DNA from: an uncultured Acidobacteriota bacterium
Lineage (GTDB): Bacteria > Acidobacteriota > Thermoanaerobaculia > UBA5066 > Gp7-AA6
Reading direction: 5' to 3'
DNA: 64,000 nucleotides
Assembly: GCA_963763535.1 (NCBI GenBank)
Contig: CAVXOX010000008.1
Coordinates: 963,975-1,027,974 of the forward strand
Below the pieces are notes generated by a model, which saw nothing but the letters and a program-made list of their open reading frames with translations, did no database searches and had not been told where the DNA came from. Below, piece after piece: positions 28,140-37,582 of this stretch. How positions within the stretch are numbered: the first letter of the stretch is position 1; each line of letters opens with the position of its first letter. The position numbers and the translations under genes are program-made.

Positions 28140-28778
28140 TCACCGTCGCGGCCCCCAGCGTCGCGCGACCGCGCCGAGGCCGAAGTCGAGCGCGAGCGCC
28201 AGCCCCGCGGCCGGCAGCGCGCCGGCGAGGATGAGGCGGTGGTCCGCCGTCGCGACGCCGCGATAGATCAGCACGCCGAGGCCGCCGGCCCCGATCGCCG
28301 CCGCGATCGTCGCGAGGCCGACGCCGACCACGACCGCGACGCGGATGCCGGCGAGCACGACCGGGAAGGCGAGCGGCAGCTCGACCATCCGCAGGCGCTC
28401 CCCCCGCGTCATCCCGATGCCGTCGGCCGCCTCGACCACGGCGGGCTCGACCGAGAGGATCCCCGCGTGCGTGTTGCGGAGGATCGGCAGCAGGGAGTAC
28501 ACGACGAGCGCGACGATCGCGGTGCGCGCACCGATGCCGCCGAGGACGGGCACCGGGATGAGGAAGCCGAAGAGCGCGAGGCTCGGAATGGCCTGCATGG
28601 TGTTCGCGAACCCGAGCACGGGCCGCGCGAGGCCGGGCCGCCGCGTCAGCGCGACGCCGAGCGGCACGCCGATCGCCGTCGCGATCGCGGCGGAGACCGC
28701 GACGAGGACGAGGTGCTCTCCCGTCAGAGCGAGGATCTCGTCCCGCCGCTCCCAGAGGAAGCTCGCCAGGCCGCTCAC
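28140..28778 (-). CDS. ABC transporter permease (OpuBB-like)
   Basis: GTG at 28778 overlaps the ATPase stop (GTGA). The EAA loop (EAADGIGMTRGERLRMVELP) is present. Confidence 0.8.
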   Translation of the reverse strand: MSGLASFLWERRDEILALTGEHLVLVAVSAAIATAIGVPLGVALTRRPGLARPVLGFANTMQAIPSLALFGFLIPVPVLGGIGARTAIVALVVYSLLPILRNTHAGILSVEPAVVEAADGIGMTRGERLRMVELPLAFPVVLAGIRVAVVVGVGLATIAAAIGAGGLGVLIYRGVATADHRLILAGALPAAGLALALDFGLGAVARRWGPRR

Positions 28779-29515
28779 GCCAGGAACTCCGCCACAAACT
28801 CGCGCACGAACGCGTCCGCGGGCTGACGCCGCAGCGCGTCGGGGGGCCCGACCTGGCGGATGCGGCCGGCCGCCATGACCGCCACGCGGTCCGCGAGCCG
28901 GAACGCCTCGCCGAGATCGTGGGTCACCAGGAGCACGGCGGCGTCCCAGCGCGCCCGCCACGCGAGGAACTCCTTCTGCATCGCCCGCCGCGCGATCGGG
29001 TCGAGCGCGCCGAACGGCTCGTCCATGAGCACGAGCGCCGGCGCCGCCGCGAGCGCGCGCGCGACGCCGACCCTCTGGCGCTCGCCGCCGGAGAGACTCG
29101 CGGGACGGCGCGGGGCGAAGACGTCGGCGGGAAGACCGACCATCGCCAGCATGGCGTCGGAACGCTCGCGGCGCTTCTCCGGCGTCCAGCCGAGGAGGCG
29201 CGGCACGGCCTCGACGTTCTCGCGCACCGTCCAGTGCGGAAACAGGCCGCCCTCCTGGATCACGAAGCCGATCCGGCGCCGCAGGGCGACCGGCTCCTGC
29301 TCGCCCGCCGGGCGCCCGAAGACGCGCACGGCGCCGCCGTCCGGCTCGAGAAGACGGTTGGCGAGCTTGAGCGCGGTGGTCTTGCCGCAGCCCGACGGGC
29401 CGACGAGCGCGACCGTCTCGCCCGGAAACACGGCGAGGCGAAGGCCGTCGAGAACGAAGCGGTCCGCTCCGAAGCGTTTCCGGACTTCGTCGAATTCGAG
29501 AACGGGCGTCGGCAC
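28775..29515 (-). CDS. ABC transporter ATP-binding protein
   Basis: GTG at 29515 (frame-checked). Walker A GPSGCGKTT, signature LSGGERQRV, Walker B LVLMDEPFGALD, H-loop VTHD. The track ORF extends upstream as antisense of the halogenase gene. Confidence 0.8.
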   Translation of the reverse strand: MPTPVLEFDEVRKRFGADRFVLDGLRLAVFPGETVALVGPSGCGKTTALKLANRLLEPDGGAVRVFGRPAGEQEPVALRRRIGFVIQEGGLFPHWTVRENVEAVPRLLGWTPEKRRERSDAMLAMVGLPADVFAPRRPASLSGGERQRVGVARALAAAPALVLMDEPFGALDPIARRAMQKEFLAWRARWDAAVLLVTHDLGEAFRLADRVAVMAAGRIRQVGPPDALRRQPADAFVREFVAEFLA

Positions 29516-29563
29516 GCGGCGGTCCGGGTCTCTCGCGAGCGCGTCGCGGGCTAGAATCCGCCC

Positions 29564-30843
29564 ATGACCGCATTCTACGACGCCGTCGTCATCGGCGGCG
29601 GTCCCGGGGGATCGACGGTCGGGACGGTCCTCGCCCGCGCGGGTCGGTCCGTGCTGGTGCTCGAGCGGGAGCGCTTCCCGCGATTTCACGTCGGCGAGTC
29701 GCTCCTGCCGTTCTCGCTCCCGATCCTCGACCGGCTGGGGGTGCACGAGAAGGTCCGCGCCGCCGGCTTCCAGCAGAAGTTCGGCGCCTTCTTCTGGAAC
29801 GAGGACAACGGCACGACGCGGCCGGTCGTCTTCGCGGAGGCGCGCGATCCGAACCACCCGATGGCCTACCAGGTCAAGCGCGCCGAATTCGACGACCTGC
29901 TGCTCAAGCACGCGGCGTCCTGCGGCGCCGAGGTGCGCGAGGAGACGTCGGTCGAGGACGTGCTCTTCGAGGGAGAGCGCGCCGTCGGCGTGCGCGCGCG
30001 CCCGCGGCGGGCGGCGGAGAAGTCGAGGAGATCCGCGCGAAAGTCGTCGTCGACGCGTCCGGCCAGGGCGCGTTCCTCTCGCGCCGGCTCGGCCTGCGCT
30101 CGTTCGACCCGAAGCTGAAGCGGGCGGCGCTCTTCGCGCACTACGAGGGAATTCGCTGGCCCGAGGGAAGCCGGCCGGGCGACATCCTGCTGCCGATCGA
30201 CAAGGGCGTCTGGTACTGGATCATCCCCTTCTCGGACGGGACCTGCAGCGTGGGCGGCGTGTTCGACCCAACGGCCGTGACGTTCGACGATGGAGCGAGC
30301 CTCGAGCAGCGCTACGAGGCGACGCTCCGCCGCTCGGCGCGCGTGATGACGCTCCTCGAGGGCTCGCGGCGCGTCTCGAAGGTTCACGGCATCTCGGACT
30401 ACTCCGCCGTCTCGAGCCGCGTGGCGGGAGACGGATGGGTCCTCGTCGGCGATGCGGCGGCGTTCCTCGATCCCGTCTTCTCGACCGGCGTGTTCCTGGC
30501 GATGGGGACCGGAGAGCGCGCCGCGCGGGCGATCGACCGGGCCCTCGCGCGCCGGGGACGCGCCGACGCGAGGGACTTCCGACGGTACACGCGCGAGTCG
30601 AACCGGATCTGGGCGCGCTTCCGGAAGTACGTGTACGGCTTCTACGATCCGGTCTTCTTCGAGGCGTTCTGCACGCCGCGCCCGCCCGAGTCGATCCGCG
30701 CCGCCGTCGTCACCACGCTCGCCGGCGGCGTCGAGCACGTCTCGCCGGCGATGTGGTTCTGGACGCGCCTGATGTTCCTGGGGGTCGGCATCGACAGGAC
30801 GATGCGCCGGCTGACCGGGAAGGCGGTCCCGCAGGAGGGCTGA
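29564..30843 (+). CDS. FAD-dependent halogenase-like oxidoreductase (tryptophan-halogenase / geranylgeranyl-reductase superfamily); one apparent frameshift near 30005
   Basis: GxGxxG (VIGGGPGGS), the flavin-halogenase signature WxWxIP (GVWYWIIPF), a GD motif (VLVGDAAAFLDPVFSTG). The N-terminal part is in the frame of ORF 29564..30118, and the rest is in the frame of ORF 30250..30843. The shift sits in a gcgcgcgcccgcggcgggcgg run. Confidence 0.7.
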
Positions 30844-30845
30844 GG

Positions 30846-31406
30846 CTAGCCGCCCGCGGCGCCCGTGAGCGCTTCCTTCAGATCCTCCTGGACGGGGTTG
30901 GGTCCGAGCCAGACGGCGAAGAGCGCGTCGGCGAAGTCGCGGCCCTCGATCGTTCCCGCGGTCGTGCCGCGCACCGACACCTGCGTGCCCTTGTCCGGGA
31001 TCCACGTCAGGCCGATCTCGTCGCCCTCCTTGACGTCGGGAATCATCTTCGCGAGCTGATCGAGGCGCGCCTTCAACTGAGGCAGCGCCGCCTTCGAGTT
31101 GTTCTCGAAGCCCTCGGCGATCGCCCCGCTGATCTTCGGTCCCTCGACGTTGCGGAGCATGTGGAGACGCATGCTCTTGACCTGCGACGAGGAGACGAGG
31201 CTCGCCGCGTCCTTCGACGGGGTCTCGACGTAGAGCGCCGCGACGTAAACCTTGAAGATCGCCTTCTTGCGGATGCCGGCGCCGTTCAGCTTCAGCGTCT
31301 TCCCGTCCATGGAGACGGTGTCCGGCAGCTTCACGCCGCCGACCTCGAGGGCGAGGAGGGCAACGGCGCGAGAACGAGGGCGGCTGAGAGGGCGTGACTT
31401 CTTCAT
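30846..31406 (-). CDS. Chalcone-isomerase-like family protein, secreted
   Basis: Signal peptide plus the bacterial CHI-like fold (Chalcone_3 pattern). Confidence 0.55.
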   Translation of the reverse strand: MKKSRPLSRPRSRAVALLALEVGGVKLPDTVSMDGKTLKLNGAGIRKKAIFKVYVAALYVETPSKDAASLVSSSQVKSMRLHMLRNVEGPKISGAIAEGFENNSKAALPQLKARLDQLAKMIPDVKEGDEIGLTWIPDKGTQVSVRGTTAGTIEGRDFADALFAVWLGPNPVQEDLKEALTGAAGG

Positions 31407-31450
31407 CGAGACTCCTTGGGACGGATCTTATCGTCACTGAACGGAACGAA

Positions 31451-31480
31451 CGAGAATGTAGGGGCGGCCCTTGCGGCCGC
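31451..31480. repeat. REP-like element, copy 3 (TGTAGGGGCGGCCCTTGCGGCCGCCCGCGGGCGG)
   Basis: Exact core shared with 10984-11012. Followed by a further GAGAGG...CCTCTC inverted repeat. Confidence 0.6.
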
Positions 31481-31534
31481 CCGCGGGCGGGAAGAGCCCC
31501 TCCCCGGCGCGAGAGGGCCGGAAGAGGAGCCTCT

Positions 31535-32596
31535 CTACCCGACCGTGTACCGCGCTTTCGCGAGATCCACGATCTCGCCGATCAGCTGCGTGTAGCTCCG
31601 GCCCGCCTTCTTCGCCGCCATCGCGAACTCGGCGCCCGAGGCGAGCCACGGGTTCGGATTGGCCTCGATGACGTAGACCTCGCCCTTCGGCGTCAGGCGC
31701 ATGTCGATGCGTCCGTAGTCGCGCAGCTTCAGCGCCTGGTAGACCGCGAGCGCGGTGTCCGAGAGGCGCTTGCCGGTGTCCTCGTCGAGCCCCTCGGCGG
31801 GCGCCGACTTCGTGACGCGGTAGTGCTCGGTGTCCTTGTCCCACTTCACTTCCTTGCCGGCGATCTTCGGCGCGCCCTCGGGCAGGCGCGACAAGTCGAG
31901 CTCGATCATCGGGAGGACCTCGGGACTCTCGTTGCCGAGGACCGCCGCGTAGATCTCGCGGCCCTCGATGTACTCCTCGATCAACGCGGGCGCGTCGAAC
32001 TCCTCGTGGATGTAGTGGATCCGCTCCATCAGCTCCTTGACCGACCCGACGACGGAGCCCGAGTCGATCCCGATCGAGCCGTCCTCGGACGTGGGCTTGA
32101 CGATGAGCGGGAACGCGATGTCGTGCGAATGGTCGAGCTTGCCCTTGTACGACGTCGCGAAGAACGGCGTGCGGATGCCGTGGAACGCGAAGATCTTCTT
32201 CGCCAGAGCCTTGTCCTGGGCCAGGTAGAGCGCGTGCGGCCCCGCGCCGGTGTAGGGCTTGCCGAGCAGGTCGAGGTACGCGGCGAGGTTCATGTCCATC
32301 GTGTCGTCGCCGGCGTAGCTCTCGGTCAAGTTGAAGAAGAGGTCCGCCTCCGCCCGCGCGAGCGCGATCAGCGACTGGTCCCGGCCGTCCACGACCTGGT
32401 ACACGGGCTCGTGGCCGAGCTTGGCGAGCGCCTCGAAGATCTCCTCGCGGTCGTGCTTCTCCCGTTTCTTCGCCCGCCGCGGCGCCTTCCCGCGCGTCCG
32501 GACGGGCTTCTCGGGCGGCGCGGGCGGCGCCGCCTCGGCCAGCTCGTCCTCGAGGACGTCGTAGAGGACGGCGATCTTGAGTTTTTCCCGGCTCAT
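31535..32596 (-). CDS. ATP-grasp ligase of the D-alanine--D-alanine ligase family
   Basis: Ddl-type C-domain (LIVKP, EEYIEGREIYAAVLGNE, EANPNP). The N-terminus carries an unusual Lys/Arg-rich insert. Confidence 0.75.
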   Translation of the reverse strand: MSREKLKIAVLYDVLEDELAEAAPPAPPEKPVRTRGKAPRRAKKREKHDREEIFEALAKLGHEPVYQVVDGRDQSLIALARAEADLFFNLTESYAGDDTMDMNLAAYLDLLGKPYTGAGPHALYLAQDKALAKKIFAFHGIRTPFFATSYKGKLDHSHDIAFPLIVKPTSEDGSIGIDSGSVVGSVKELMERIHYIHEEFDAPALIEEYIEGREIYAAVLGNESPEVLPMIELDLSRLPEGAPKIAGKEVKWDKDTEHYRVTKSAPAEGLDEDTGKRLSDTALAVYQALKLRDYGRIDMRLTPKGEVYVIEANPNPWLASGAEFAMAAKKAGRSYTQLIGEIVDLAKARYTVG

Positions 32597-33615
32597 TCCC
32601 GCTCCTCTCGGCCGAACTTACCGCGCGCGAGGTAGTTCATCGCCAGCGCCGTCGTGTAGGTCGCGATCTCGGTGAGGGTGTCCTCCTCCTTCCGCACTTC
32701 CGTGCGCAGCCCGAGCTCGCCGACCCGCCGCTCGATCGACTCGACCAGCCGGCGCACCAGCGGCCGCTGCACGCCGGTCCAGTACGTGACCTTGTCCGTG
32801 AGCGCCTTGCTGTTCTCGCGGAGGAGGTCGGCGGCGGCCCGCACGCCCTTCTTCTTGCGCCGGGAGACGGGGAAGATGTCGACGAGGTCGGTGTCGAGGG
32901 CGAGCGCGATGGACTGGCCCTCTTCCTCGAGCGCCTTCTTGTAGAAGTCCTCGACCGTGGTCTCCATCTCCTCGACCGTGATGTCGGTGTGTCCCTGCGG
33001 CCGCACCGGCTCGACCGCGCGGAGCTTCCTGGCCATTCGGTCGACGTACCGGAGCTTCGCCATGGCGCCCCAGCCGCGGTACCGCTTGCGCCACTGGGAG
33101 CGCGGCGTCAGCCACACCGCGAAGGTCTCCGCGAAGTCCTCGTCCGGATGCTTCTGCGCATACCAGCCCGCGATGTGGCGCACGAACCGCCGCGAGAACG
33201 GGACCGGCCGGTACTGATCGCGATAGGGGCGGCGGAACGGCCCGAAGAGGTCGCGCCACTCCGGCGTCTTGTAGAGCGCGTAGGCGTAGTTGAAGGCGTG
33301 CCCCGCCTCGTGCCGCAGGTACATCATGATCTCGCGCCGGTCCTCGAGGTCGTTCATCGCCTTCTCGAGGCGCGCGAGCTTCGGATCGGCGAGATAGAAC
33401 GGGATGCCGATCACCGGCTCGCCCGAGGGGCAGCCCCACTCGTCCGACAGATAGCAGAGCGGACGGAAGCGGCTCAGTCCCTTCCGGTCGAGCTCGCGGT
33501 AGAGCTGCTGCACGAGGCGCTCGATCGGCGAGCCCTCGAGCTTCAGCCCCAGGTCCTTGATGGGTTTGCTGAGGATCTCCTGGACGTCGGGGGGGGCTTT
33601 CTCGAAGGCGCGCAA
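32593..33615 (-). CDS. Putative zinc metallopeptidase (HEXXH zincin-like)
   Basis: HEAGHAFNYAY motif. Its stop overlaps the ATP-grasp start (ATGA at 32593-32596). Confidence 0.55.
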   Translation of the reverse strand: MRAFEKAPPDVQEILSKPIKDLGLKLEGSPIERLVQQLYRELDRKGLSRFRPLCYLSDEWGCPSGEPVIGIPFYLADPKLARLEKAMNDLEDRREIMMYLRHEAGHAFNYAYALYKTPEWRDLFGPFRRPYRDQYRPVPFSRRFVRHIAGWYAQKHPDEDFAETFAVWLTPRSQWRKRYRGWGAMAKLRYVDRMARKLRAVEPVRPQGHTDITVEEMETTVEDFYKKALEEEGQSIALALDTDLVDIFPVSRRKKKGVRAAADLLRENSKALTDKVTYWTGVQRPLVRRLVESIERRVGELGLRTEVRKEEDTLTEIATYTTALAMNYLARGKFGREERE

Positions 33616-33676
33616 GAGGCTTCATCCGAAGGGTAGCACGCGGACTTCGCGGCTACAATCGCAGGCGGAGGTCACG

Positions 33677-33907
33677 ATGGCCGACGCGTCGATCAAGTGC
33701 ATTCCGAACGGACCGTACCGAGTCTTCGGTCCCGCGACGATCACGGACTCTCAGGGACAGGTCGTGCGAGCGATCGAGGAAGGGAAAGCGGTCTCGCTCT
33801 GCCGCTGCGGAGGTTCGACCAACAAGCCCTACTGCGACGGCACGCACTCGCGCATCGGCTTCGAGGCCGCCGAGGCGGCCGTGCGCAAAGCGGAGGGACT
33901 TCCGTAG
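33677..33907 (+). CDS. CDGSH-type iron-sulfur domain protein
   Basis: ATG at 33677 with an AGGCGGAGG RBS. The CRCGGSTNKPYCDGTH motif. Confidence 0.75.
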   Translation: MADASIKCIPNGPYRVFGPATITDSQGQVVRAIEEGKAVSLCRCGGSTNKPYCDGTHSRIGFEAAEAAVRKAEGLP

Positions 33908-33909
33908 CG

Positions 33910-35166
33910 GCGCCGGCGCTCGCCGCGGCGCTCGCCGCGCTGCGGCTCGCGGGACCTCTCGCGCCGAGCCTCGCCGCGGATCTCGACGGGGATGGCCGGG
34001 AGGAGACGGTCACGGCCGCCCCGGCGCGCGGAGCGGTCCGCCTGACGGTGAAGGACGCGAGCGGCCGCCGCGCCGAGGCAAGAGCGCCCGCGCCGAAGAG
34101 CGACGTCGTGCGCGTCGCGCTCACCGCGGGCTCGCTCGGCAGCGCCGGCGCGCTGCTCCTCGTCGAGGCCGCGGCGGATGCGGGCGACTGCGTGTCGGTG
34201 TGGCGGCTGCGGGGCGACCGGCTCGATCGCGTGCCGATCCACGAAGCGGGCGGGAAGGAAGTGCCCGACTGCTTCCAGGCCGGCGCGTGGACGTGGGAAT
34301 GGAAGAGTACCGGCGAGGGTCGTCCCGCCGCGCTCGTGCGCGAGCGCTCCGAGGCGAGGCCGAGCGGCGCCTTCGCCGTCCAGGACGCGTTCGCCTTCGC
34401 CGGGTTCAGCCTCGAGCCCGACGCGACGCTCTCGAAGCGAGAGATCGGGAGCGTCGAGATTCCCCCGTGGTCGGACCCGGTTCTCTATTCGAACGCCGCG
34501 CTCGAGGTGCTCTACGCGCGCTTCGATCTCTCGCGCCTGCGCCCGGAGCCGACGCTCCGCATCCTCGCGGACCGCGCGGGCGGCGTCTTCGCCGTTCGTT
34601 TCGCGGCGCCCGAGGGGGAAGTGGAACTGCCGGTGACCGCGAACGCGAGGAGCGGAAACATGGCGACGATCGACGCGCGCTCCGGCGAGAGGTCCGCGCG
34701 GCTCGTCGTGCACCTCGGCGGGTCCGACGACACGATCCCGATGCTGGTCGAGGCCGGCGGCCTCGGCGCCCCCTTCGACCAGGTCTACGGCCCCGCGGGA
34801 AGCTTCCATGGCCGCGCGGCGAGGGTCTTCCCGACCGTCGACGACGAGCTCGCTTCCGAAGAGCTCGCGGCGACGTGGGTCGATCCGCAGGGTGCGCAGA
34901 CCGTCTTCGAGCTCGCGGGCGCTCCGCCGTACCGCATCCGGATCGACCAGACGCTCTATGCGATCGACCGCGCGCGCGCCGAGAAGCCGATCGATATCGT
35001 GCTCGCGCCGAAGGAGGGACCGGGGCGGGTGTGGGGCATCACACTGCGGGGCAAGAACGTCATCGAGAGGACTCCCCTCGCCTGCGTGGCGGGCGGCGGT
35101 CCATGCCGGTCCGAGGGAGCGCCCGAGCGCCTGCGCCGGCTGGGCGCCAGAGCGAACTCTCCTTAA
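33910..35166 (+). CDS. Hypothetical protein (FG-GAP-like DLDGDG motif); start unresolved
   Basis: Long ORF in-frame from before the CDGSH stop. No ATG/GTG/TTG near the apparent N-terminus. The first in-frame GTG is at 34048. Confidence 0.35.
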   Translation, partial: APALAAALAALRLAGPLAPSLAADLDGDGREETVTAAPARGAVRLTVKDASGRRAEARAPAPKSDVVRVALTAGSLGSAGALLLVEAAADAGDCVSVWRLRGDRLDRVPIHEAGGKEVPDCFQAGAWTWEWKSTGEGRPAALVRERSEARPSGAFAVQDAFAFAGFSLEPDATLSKREIGSVEIPPWSDPVLYSNAALEVLYARFDLSRLRPEPTLRILADRAGGVFAVRFAAPEGEVELPVTANARSGNMATIDARSGERSARLVVHLGGSDDTIPMLVEAGGLGAPFDQVYGPAGSFHGRAARVFPTVDDELASEELAATWVDPQGAQTVFELAGAPPYRIRIDQTLYAIDRARAEKPIDIVLAPKEGPGRVWGITLRGKNVIERTPLACVAGGGPCRSEGAPERLRRLGARANSP

Positions 35167-35258
35167 CGAGGACAGGTATCGGAGGCCCGACTCGGGGACG
35201 AGGACAGGTTGACGCAGGCGGAGAACCTGTCTAACCTTCTTTCCGGAAAGCACTTCAC

Positions 35259-36461
35259 GTGAATATGCAACCCTCTCTCGTCGGACTGACCGTCCAGACG
35301 GTGGGCACGGCTCTGCTCGCCGCGATCCTCCTCTATTTATCGCGCGGCAAAGGGAGCCGGGTGCTCCAGGCGGCGGCCGTCGGGTGGCTGTTCCAGCTCG
35401 CCTCCCTCGGCTTCCTGCTCCTGATGACCATCTACGGATGGGATTACCGGCTCGAAGTCCACCAGTACTGGAGCTTCCTCTACATCGTCGCGCTCTGCGT
35501 GGCGGCGATTCGCATGGACCACGACGTCTCGCTCGCCAAGCCGATCGCGGTGGCCGCCGTCGGCGGCGTCCCCCTCTCGCTCCTGATGGGATACCTCGTG
35601 CCGCGCGAGATTACGTTCCATGCGGTCCACATGGGCCTGCTCGGGGTCGGTTGGCTTCTCGCCGCCGTCTTCATCTTTCAGAGCCCGCGCGCCGGCATCG
35701 GTCGGCAGTGCGCGGGCGCCATGGCGCTCCTCTCCGCCGTCACCGATCTCGTCTACGTGCTGATGCTCGCGACGGGAACCGGCCGGGCGGCGCCGTCGCG
35801 GCTGGCGCCGTGGCCGCTCGCCTACGCGGGCTTCCTCGACGTCCTGCTCGAGATGCTCTTCGGCATCGGGCTGATCATCTGGGCGATGGAGGACACGGAG
35901 CGCCGCCTGGCGACGCTGCACGCGCGCACCGCCGACGACTCGCGGCGTTCGCAGCGCCGGGCATGGCTCGACCCGCTGACCGAGACGCACAACCGTTTCT
36001 TCCTCGACGAGATCCGGCCCGAGCTCGAGACGGACGACGCGGGCGGCTCGATCGTGCTCATCGACATCGACGGGCTGAAGCGCATCAACGACGAGGAGGG
36101 GCACGAGGAGGGCGACAAGGCGATCTGGACGGTCGCGACGGGCATCAAGAAGCTCGTGCGCGGCAACGACCACGTGATCCGCTGGGGCGGCGACGAGTTC
36201 CTGGTGATCCTGCCGGGCATGGACGAGGAGCTCGCGCGGCGCCGCTTCTACATGCTGCCCGCGAAGATCGACGAGGTGAAGCAGTCGCCGAAGCCGGGCG
36301 GCCGCCCTTACTCGAAGTTCCTCGCGGCGTCGGTCGGCATCCACCCGTACTCGAAGCGCATGACGCTCGACGTCGCCATCGCCCAGGCCGACCGCGTCAT
36401 GTACGAACGCAAACGGGCGCACCGCGAGATGCGCGGCGCGGCCCGAGGAAGGACTCCGTGA
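35259..36461 (+). CDS. Membrane-bound diguanylate cyclase (about 6-TM sensor + GGDEF)
   Basis: Six hydrophobic helices, then GGDEF (RWGGDEF) and an I-site RxxD. Confidence 0.85.
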   Translation: MNMQPSLVGLTVQTVGTALLAAILLYLSRGKGSRVLQAAAVGWLFQLASLGFLLLMTIYGWDYRLEVHQYWSFLYIVALCVAAIRMDHDVSLAKPIAVAAVGGVPLSLLMGYLVPREITFHAVHMGLLGVGWLLAAVFIFQSPRAGIGRQCAGAMALLSAVTDLVYVLMLATGTGRAAPSRLAPWPLAYAGFLDVLLEMLFGIGLIIWAMEDTERRLATLHARTADDSRRSQRRAWLDPLTETHNRFFLDEIRPELETDDAGGSIVLIDIDGLKRINDEEGHEEGDKAIWTVATGIKKLVRGNDHVIRWGGDEFLVILPGMDEELARRRFYMLPAKIDEVKQSPKPGGRPYSKFLAASVGIHPYSKRMTLDVAIAQADRVMYERKRAHREMRGAARGRTP

Positions 36462-36715
36462 ATTATCTCTGGACGGTGTGCCCGAAGTGCGCCTGCGAGG
36501 TGACGATCCAGTTCGACGAGACGCCCGGGGGCCCGTCGGGATCGGTGCGCCGGTGGTCCCGGGACCGCTCGATCAACGACGGCCGGAAGCTCCAGACGCC
36601 GCGCGGCGAGGTCGCCGCGGACGGGAGCTTCCGCGCGGCGTGCGTCTGCGGCGAGATGCTGGCGGTCGAGCCCGCGCGGGTCACGCGCGCCACGACGGAG
36701 AGGCCGACCGCCTGA
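36458..36715 (+). CDS. Small zinc-ribbon protein (85 aa; CPKC...CVC) translationally coupled to the diguanylate cyclase
   Basis: GTG at 36458 overlaps the DGC TGA (GTGA). Cys ligands are CPKCAC and CVCGE. Confidence 0.4.
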   Translation: MNYLWTVCPKCACEVTIQFDETPGGPSGSVRRWSRDRSINDGRKLQTPRGEVAADGSFRAACVCGEMLAVEPARVTRATTERPTA

Positions 36716-36976
36716 AACGCGTTCCCCTCGAGGATTCGTTCGACCTGCACTCCTTCCGTCCCGAGGACGTGACCTCCGCCGTCGAGGAGTACCTGCGCCT
36801 CGCGCGCGAGGCCGGCTACCGCGAGGTGCGCCTGATCCACGGCAAGGGCATCGGCGTCCGCCGCGCCGAGATGCGGCGCATGCTCTCGCGACGCGAGGAC
36901 GTCGCCGGCTTCTTCGACGCGCCGCCAGGAGCGCGGCGGCAGCGGCGCGACGATCGTGGTGCTGAAGAGCGGCTAG
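36712..36976 (+). CDS. Smr-domain protein (MutS2 C-terminal-like nuclease domain); start and one frameshift near 36933 unresolved
   Basis: LHG (DLHSF) and a conserved HGKG (RLIHGKGIGVRRAEM). The C-terminal GGSGATIVVLKSG* is one frame off. The end coordinate is approximate. Confidence 0.5.
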
Positions 36977-37040
36977 CGAAGATCTCCACCCTGGCCTCCG
37001 CTTTCGCCCGGCTGGTCCCGCGAGGTGCCTCACTCAATTT

Positions 37041-37066
37041 CCCTCTCCCCCAACGGGGGGAGAGGG
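37041..37066. terminator. Perfect GC-rich hairpin (CCCTCTCCCCC-aac-GGGGGGAGAGGG) between convergent Smr and OsmC genes; probable bidirectional terminator
   Basis: 11-bp stem and 3-nt loop. An A/T-rich tract sits on the minus-strand side. Confidence 0.5.
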
Positions 37067-37075
37067 TCAGGGGGG

Positions 37076-37534
37076 CTAGACCTCTTCGATGACCACCTCG
37101 AGCGGCATCCCCGCGCGCACCGCCTTCGAGATGATGCAGTACTTCTCGGTGAGAGAAAGCGTCTTCTCGACCTGCGCGCGCTGCGTCTCGAGGAGGGCCG
37201 CCGGCACACGGGCCGTCACCTTCGCCCCCTGCAGGTGGAAGCCGCCCGCCGGGTCCTTCCCGACCTCGGCCGACGCGCGGACCGCGGGGTCGGTGTACGC
37301 GATGTTCAGCTTCTTCAAGAAGATCGCCCACGTGTTGAGAAAGCACGCCGCCAGGGCCGACAAGAGCAGCTCCTCCGGATTCGCGCGTCCGCCGCAGCCG
37401 CCGAGCACGGTCGCGCCCGCGATCGCGATCGGCTTCGCGCCGCCCGTCGTCGGCTGAACCTGTCCGGATCCCTCGCCGTCTCCGGACCACACGGCGTCGA
37501 CCTGGAAGTGATGGACCTCCGCTTTCTCGGTCAT
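37076..37534 (-). CDS. OsmC/Ohr-family peroxiredoxin-like protein
   Basis: ATG at 37534 (frame-checked). OsmC motifs ELLLSALAACF and a second Cys in EKYCIISKA. Confidence 0.8.
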   Translation of the reverse strand: MTEKAEVHHFQVDAVWSGDGEGSGQVQPTTGGAKPIAIAGATVLGGCGGRANPEELLLSALAACFLNTWAIFLKKLNIAYTDPAVRASAEVGKDPAGGFHLQGAKVTARVPAALLETQRAQVEKTLSLTEKYCIISKAVRAGMPLEVVIEEV

Positions 37535-37582
37535 GCGGGGATGATGACATAGTGATTCGGGATGCCGGATGCGGGGTGCGCG

